From an uncultured Fibrobacterales bacterium (GTDB taxonomy: Bacteria > Fibrobacterota > Fibrobacteria > Fibrobacterales > CAWVXU01), in NCBI GenBank assembly GCA_963934255.1, contig CAWVXU010000021.1, positions 1-33,027 of the forward strand: a DNA stretch of 33,027 nt. Reading direction: 5' to 3'. This document shows positions 29,501-33,027 of the stretch, piece by piece; within the stretch, counting starts at the first letter, position 1, and every line of letters begins with the position of its first letter. The notes under the pieces are model-generated. The model was not told where the DNA came from and did not search any database. It saw only the letters and a program-made list of their open reading frames with translations. Both the position numbers and the translations under genes were made by a program.

Positions 29501-32104
29501 ATGTCTCATCAATCAAGATTAATATCTAGAAGTCTTTTTGGCATGAAAAGTATATGCTCAATTCTTTTTTGGATAGCTCTGATGATAGGCAGCTCTTTTT
29601 CTCAGGTGTATGTTAATGGTGAGAAACGTAACCTAGCGGTGACTCTCTATGATTGGCCGGAAACTTCAGCTGATTTCGCGACAAACGGAGGTGCCTGCGG
29701 TGGTGGAGTAAAAAAAGGGTTTGTTGGGGTTAATTTAGACGCTGATGGTAAGCCCGTCGTGGGGACTGCTGCTTGTGTTCCGACCGAGATAACTCAATGG
29801 TTCCGCACTCAAGACCTTGCTGGATCTACTAACGCTACTTGTTATGATCTTGAGATTACCTATGATGATCAAGGGGTCTGGGTAGCGGATTTCACGAACT
29901 TTTTCCCTTTAGATGGTTTTCTTTTTTTAGATCCTGCTCAGACAATCGCTAACCCATGGAATAAAATAACCAGTAATAATGCCTCACATAATTACAGCTT
30001 CACTATGGAAGTGGATGCTGAGTTTGTTTATCAACCGGGTCAAACTTTTGACTTTCGCGGTGATGATGATGTATTTGTATTTATTGATAATAGGTTGGTT
30101 GTAGACATTGGTGGCGTTCACGGGCCTGCTTCTGCAGCGGTCAAGCTTGATACCCTGGGGCTAGTTGCGGATGAAACCTATTCTTTTAAAATTTTCTTTG
30201 CTGAGAGGCAATGTTGTGGTTCAAACTTTAAAATGTCAACGAGTATTGATTTGAAAACCAATCGAAATTTATACATGGATACTACAGAAGTTGGAAGCAC
30301 TATAAATTACGATATTTATGAACGTCAAGCTTGGTCTAATGGAAGTTGTAACCAAGTCAATGCTGGGGCAGCGGTGAACCCAGTTCCAAGTACTTTTACA
30401 CTTACCGGCTTTGGGATTGAGCCGACCCTGCTTGAATTAGGAGAGAGCTTTGGTGGTATCACTATCGGCGCAAATGAAGCTCAATTGACACTAGATGTTG
30501 ATGCCATTGCGACTTCCAAATCACTAGAGAGTGGTCACTATGATGTCTTAATCCAACATAAAAATGACCCAACTCAAAATGACACAATAGGGTTTGACAT
30601 AGAATATATAAGTGCACCTTATCTTAGGTTTGTTGATGATCAAGGTGAGCCGATTCTAGACGACGGAGAATTACTTGGGCCATGGAGTAAAATTAATTAC
30701 GCAGTCAAGGTAGCTGTGTTTCTAGAGGGAGTTCATTGCCCTACCTGTCATGTTCAAATATCATTAGAAAGTGCAAGATCAGTAAGTACCTTAAATAGTA
30801 CAGGCGAGCCATTAAATGAGATGACTTTGGTTAATGGAATAGGGACTTTTTGGATTGCGGGCGAAGGTGCGATGGAAAATGGCTGGCTCGAAATTGAAAG
30901 CGCTGCAACCAATAACTCATTAGAAATTCGTCCAATCAAATTCAAAGATATTCTTGTCAGCCTTCCAAGTTTTGCTGCGATCTATGATGAAGACGGCAAT
31001 GGAATCGCCGACAGTTTAAGACTTAAGTTTACACATATTAATGGCCAAAAAATTTATCCTGATTCTATATCCGTGAGTTGGGGTGAAGAAGTCACTTTGA
31101 TATCTTGGAAAAGCATTCTCACTCGAGGTGAGGCTTTTACACTGAGTGAAGTTGATTTTACCTCAGAAATATATACTGGTAATCAGTCAGCCGTGGATGC
31201 ATTTGCGTTGGGTGAATTCATTTATTATTTGGCGGGTGAGCGTATTGTAATAGAGCAACCTATCATTGATAAAGTCGGACCGGTTGTTCTTTATGGTGAG
31301 ATACTTTCTAGTGGTAGCAGTAGTAAAAACCTAATTATATATCTATCTGAATACATAGAAGTATCTGGTGAAAGTTTACCGTTGAACCTCTATGAGTTCA
31401 AAACACTCAATGATCAAGTTGTTGAGCCTACTCTTCATAAATGGCTGCAGCAAGGCGCCATAGGTCGCATGCAATTTACTTCAGAGGCTGAAGTTGAAGT
31501 GGGTGACTCACTTCGCATCGATGAACAATTCATGGTGTTTACTGGGTTGGGTCAGGTCGCTGTGAGAGATTTAGCAGGTAATTTGGTACACCCGGATAAC
31601 CCATTTCAAAGAATTATTGGGAAAGAAAAAATTAATATCAAGGCGTTGGACTTGATTGATCAAGTTGATGAGTTAAGTCAATGGAGTAAAGGGAAAGGCC
31701 CCTGGCAATTATTCTTGATGGACCCTGAAGCTACACTTCAAAATAATTTTAAAAATACTCAGTATGCAGGCGCTACAATTGATTTAAATATGGGGCGAAT
31801 CCTATTAGCTGATACTAATCTTGATAAAAAAGAGATGTACTTTAAATGGAGCGCAGAAGTATTTAGTAATCTAGGTGGGTTTATTGCATCTAGTGATGGT
31901 AAAATAAATTGTACTGATGAAGTATACCTTGGAGATTGTACCCAAATGCAGGAGACTCCTTATATTGGCTGGAACCAATTATCTCAGAATGATAGGAAAG
32001 TAGGCAGTGGAGTTTACATTATTCGTATAAATATACAGGTCTTTCACGGGAAAGAAAAGATTCAGAAGCTCACCCATATGTGGAAAATGGGCGTGAAGCG
32101 TTAG
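29501..32104 (+). CDS. Secreted fibro-slime (PA14-related) domain protein
   Basis: FFPLD...HNYSFTMEVDAEFVYQPGQTFDFRGDDDVFVFIDNRLVVDIGGVH signature; signal peptide; DEDGNGIAD Ca-binding-like loop; C-terminal WNQ....RKVGSGVYII module. Start uncertain (29501 or 29543). Confidence 0.9.
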   Translation: MSHQSRLISRSLFGMKSICSILFWIALMIGSSFSQVYVNGEKRNLAVTLYDWPETSADFATNGGACGGGVKKGFVGVNLDADGKPVVGTAACVPTEITQWFRTQDLAGSTNATCYDLEITYDDQGVWVADFTNFFPLDGFLFLDPAQTIANPWNKITSNNASHNYSFTMEVDAEFVYQPGQTFDFRGDDDVFVFIDNRLVVDIGGVHGPASAAVKLDTLGLVADETYSFKIFFAERQCCGSNFKMSTSIDLKTNRNLYMDTTEVGSTINYDIYERQAWSNGSCNQVNAGAAVNPVPSTFTLTGFGIEPTLLELGESFGGITIGANEAQLTLDVDAIATSKSLESGHYDVLIQHKNDPTQNDTIGFDIEYISAPYLRFVDDQGEPILDDGELLGPWSKINYAVKVAVFLEGVHCPTCHVQISLESARSVSTLNSTGEPLNEMTLVNGIGTFWIAGEGAMENGWLEIESAATNNSLEIRPIKFKDILVSLPSFAAIYDEDGNGIADSLRLKFTHINGQKIYPDSISVSWGEEVTLISWKSILTRGEAFTLSEVDFTSEIYTGNQSAVDAFALGEFIYYLAGERIVIEQPIIDKVGPVVLYGEILSSGSSSKNLIIYLSEYIEVSGESLPLNLYEFKTLNDQVVEPTLHKWLQQGAIGRMQFTSEAEVEVGDSLRIDEQFMVFTGLGQVAVRDLAGNLVHPDNPFQRIIGKEKINIKALDLIDQVDELSQWSKGKGPWQLFLMDPEATLQNNFKNTQYAGATIDLNMGRILLADTNLDKKEMYFKWSAEVFSNLGGFIASSDGKINCTDEVYLGDCTQMQETPYIGWNQLSQNDRKVGSGVYIIRINIQVFHGKEKIQKLTHMWKMGVKR

Positions 32105-32158
32105 AGTTCAATTTGTAGAAATTAGTGGTCTTACAACAAAAGTGATATGGAGTTTGCA

Positions 32159-33027
32159 GTGATCAAAACAAATCTGTGGGTACCTTTCTACAAAGAAGTG
32201 TTTTTAATTCTTTTTATTTTTCTTCATTCTGGCGAGGCAGCAAATAACAACGTGGTTTTTCCGGCGGTGATACAAGAATCATTGATTCTTCCAGATACAA
32301 TCTACCTTGAACCTGGAAATGACACCACAATTACGGCACAGGGAATTACAGTGCCTAGATGGTCCGGTACCGATGCCTACACCGTGATGACAGACAATGT
32401 AATTACCATTAGTCCCAAGGCCAGTGCAGTCTATCGGGTGAGCAATTTGGTAGAAACCAGTATTGAAAATGGAAATATGGACTTTGAGCTTCCAATTCTT
32501 CCTCTTGGGGGGGGGGGGCAAAAACCACAAGATCAAGTACCAGGTTGGCGAACCACTGCTCCTGATGGGTTAATTGAACTGTGGTCAACGGGTCATCTAG
32601 GGAAGTTTTCATACTCTGGCAACCAATTTGTCGAGCTCAATGCCAAAAGTGTGGGCCACCTCTATCAAGATATTCCAACTCCCGCTGGATCTAGAGTAAA
32701 AATTTCTTTCGCTCACCAAGGGCGCAATGGGCCCGATGAAATGGGGCTAGAGGCAGGACCTGCGGCCGGTCCCTATCAACATTTAGGATCCTTTGTGGGA
32801 ATACAGAATGTTTGGTCACCTCACACCTTATATTACGATGTACCTGCTGGTCAGACAACTACCCGCATCTTCTTTGTTTCAGAGAAATTTAGCAACATCA
32901 GTGTCGGGAATTTTCTTGATGCAGTAAAATACTCGGTGCTTGCGGAGGATACAAAAGACTCTGTGGTGGTGATTGTTTCTGAGAAGCTGGCTCCGACTGT
33001 GACCACTACTGATGCAGCATCCATTCT
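32159..33027 (+). CDS. Secreted protein with a carbohydrate-binding-like jelly-roll domain (cut by window edge); contains an in-frame G12 tract
   Basis: The frame is open from ATG 32147 / GTG 32159 (GGAG 6 nt upstream of the GTG) to the window end. Signal-like MIKTNLWVPFYKEVFLILFIFLHSGEA; domain pattern DFELP...VPGWRTT...IELW...GNQFVELNA...LYQD...VPAGQTTTRIFF...GNFLDAV. Absent from the ORF track because there is no stop in the window. Confidence 0.85.
   Translation, partial: MIKTNLWVPFYKEVFLILFIFLHSGEAANNNVVFPAVIQESLILPDTIYLEPGNDTTITAQGITVPRWSGTDAYTVMTDNVITISPKASAVYRVSNLVETSIENGNMDFELPILPLGGGGQKPQDQVPGWRTTAPDGLIELWSTGHLGKFSYSGNQFVELNAKSVGHLYQDIPTPAGSRVKISFAHQGRNGPDEMGLEAGPAAGPYQHLGSFVGIQNVWSPHTLYYDVPAGQTTTRIFFVSEKFSNISVGNFLDAVKYSVLAEDTKDSVVVIVSEKLAPTVTTTDAASI
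32507..32518 (+). repeat. G12 homopolymer inside a CDS (simple sequence repeat)
   Basis: CCT CTT GGG GGG GGG GGG CAA: twelve consecutive G, in frame. Confidence 0.95.

Noticed and set aside
32279..32612. Two minus-strand ORFs with poly-Pro (85 aa and 67 aa)
   Set aside because: They are shadows of the real plus-strand CDS, and the poly-Pro is just the complement of the G12 tract.
1..33027. CRISPR arrays, IS/transposases, integrases, prophage or defence genes
   Set aside because: No regularly spaced repeats, terminal inverted repeats with a transposase, or recognisable phage or defence motifs were found. No duplicate of the tRNA-Trp 3' end was noticed in the window.

Overview
This is an AT-rich bacterial chromosome segment. 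A fibro-slime protein and the gene content suggest Fibrobacterota, possibly a free-living lineage (inference). Bases 1-12.7 kb are the core translation/transcription cluster: tuf (3' end), rpmG, tRNA-Trp, secE, nusG, rplKAJL, rpoB, rpoC, rpsL, rpsG. The cluster ends at a terminator with no fusA after rpsG. Bases 12.7-22.4 kb hold mixed genes: a cupin, two convergent RhlE-like DEAD-box helicases, an FlbD-like small protein, a long RluA, a small membrane protein and putA. Bases 22.5-28.1 kb are a minus-strand cassette of TetR, a LolA-like periplasmic protein, an outer-membrane beta-barrel and an MMPL/RND transporter, with operator-like palindromes upstream. The right end encodes a YecA-like SEC-C protein, a fibro-slime surface protein and a secreted protein cut by the window edge that carries an in-frame G12 tract. 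The best leads are the candidate trans-envelope lipid transport cassette, a tRNA-Trp(CCA) with a broken 27:43 pair (4-bp anticodon stem), the probable poly-G phase-variation switch, and large insertions in RNA polymerase beta'. No CRISPR array, IS element, prophage or rRNA was seen. All family assignments come from motif recognition by eye, not database searches.
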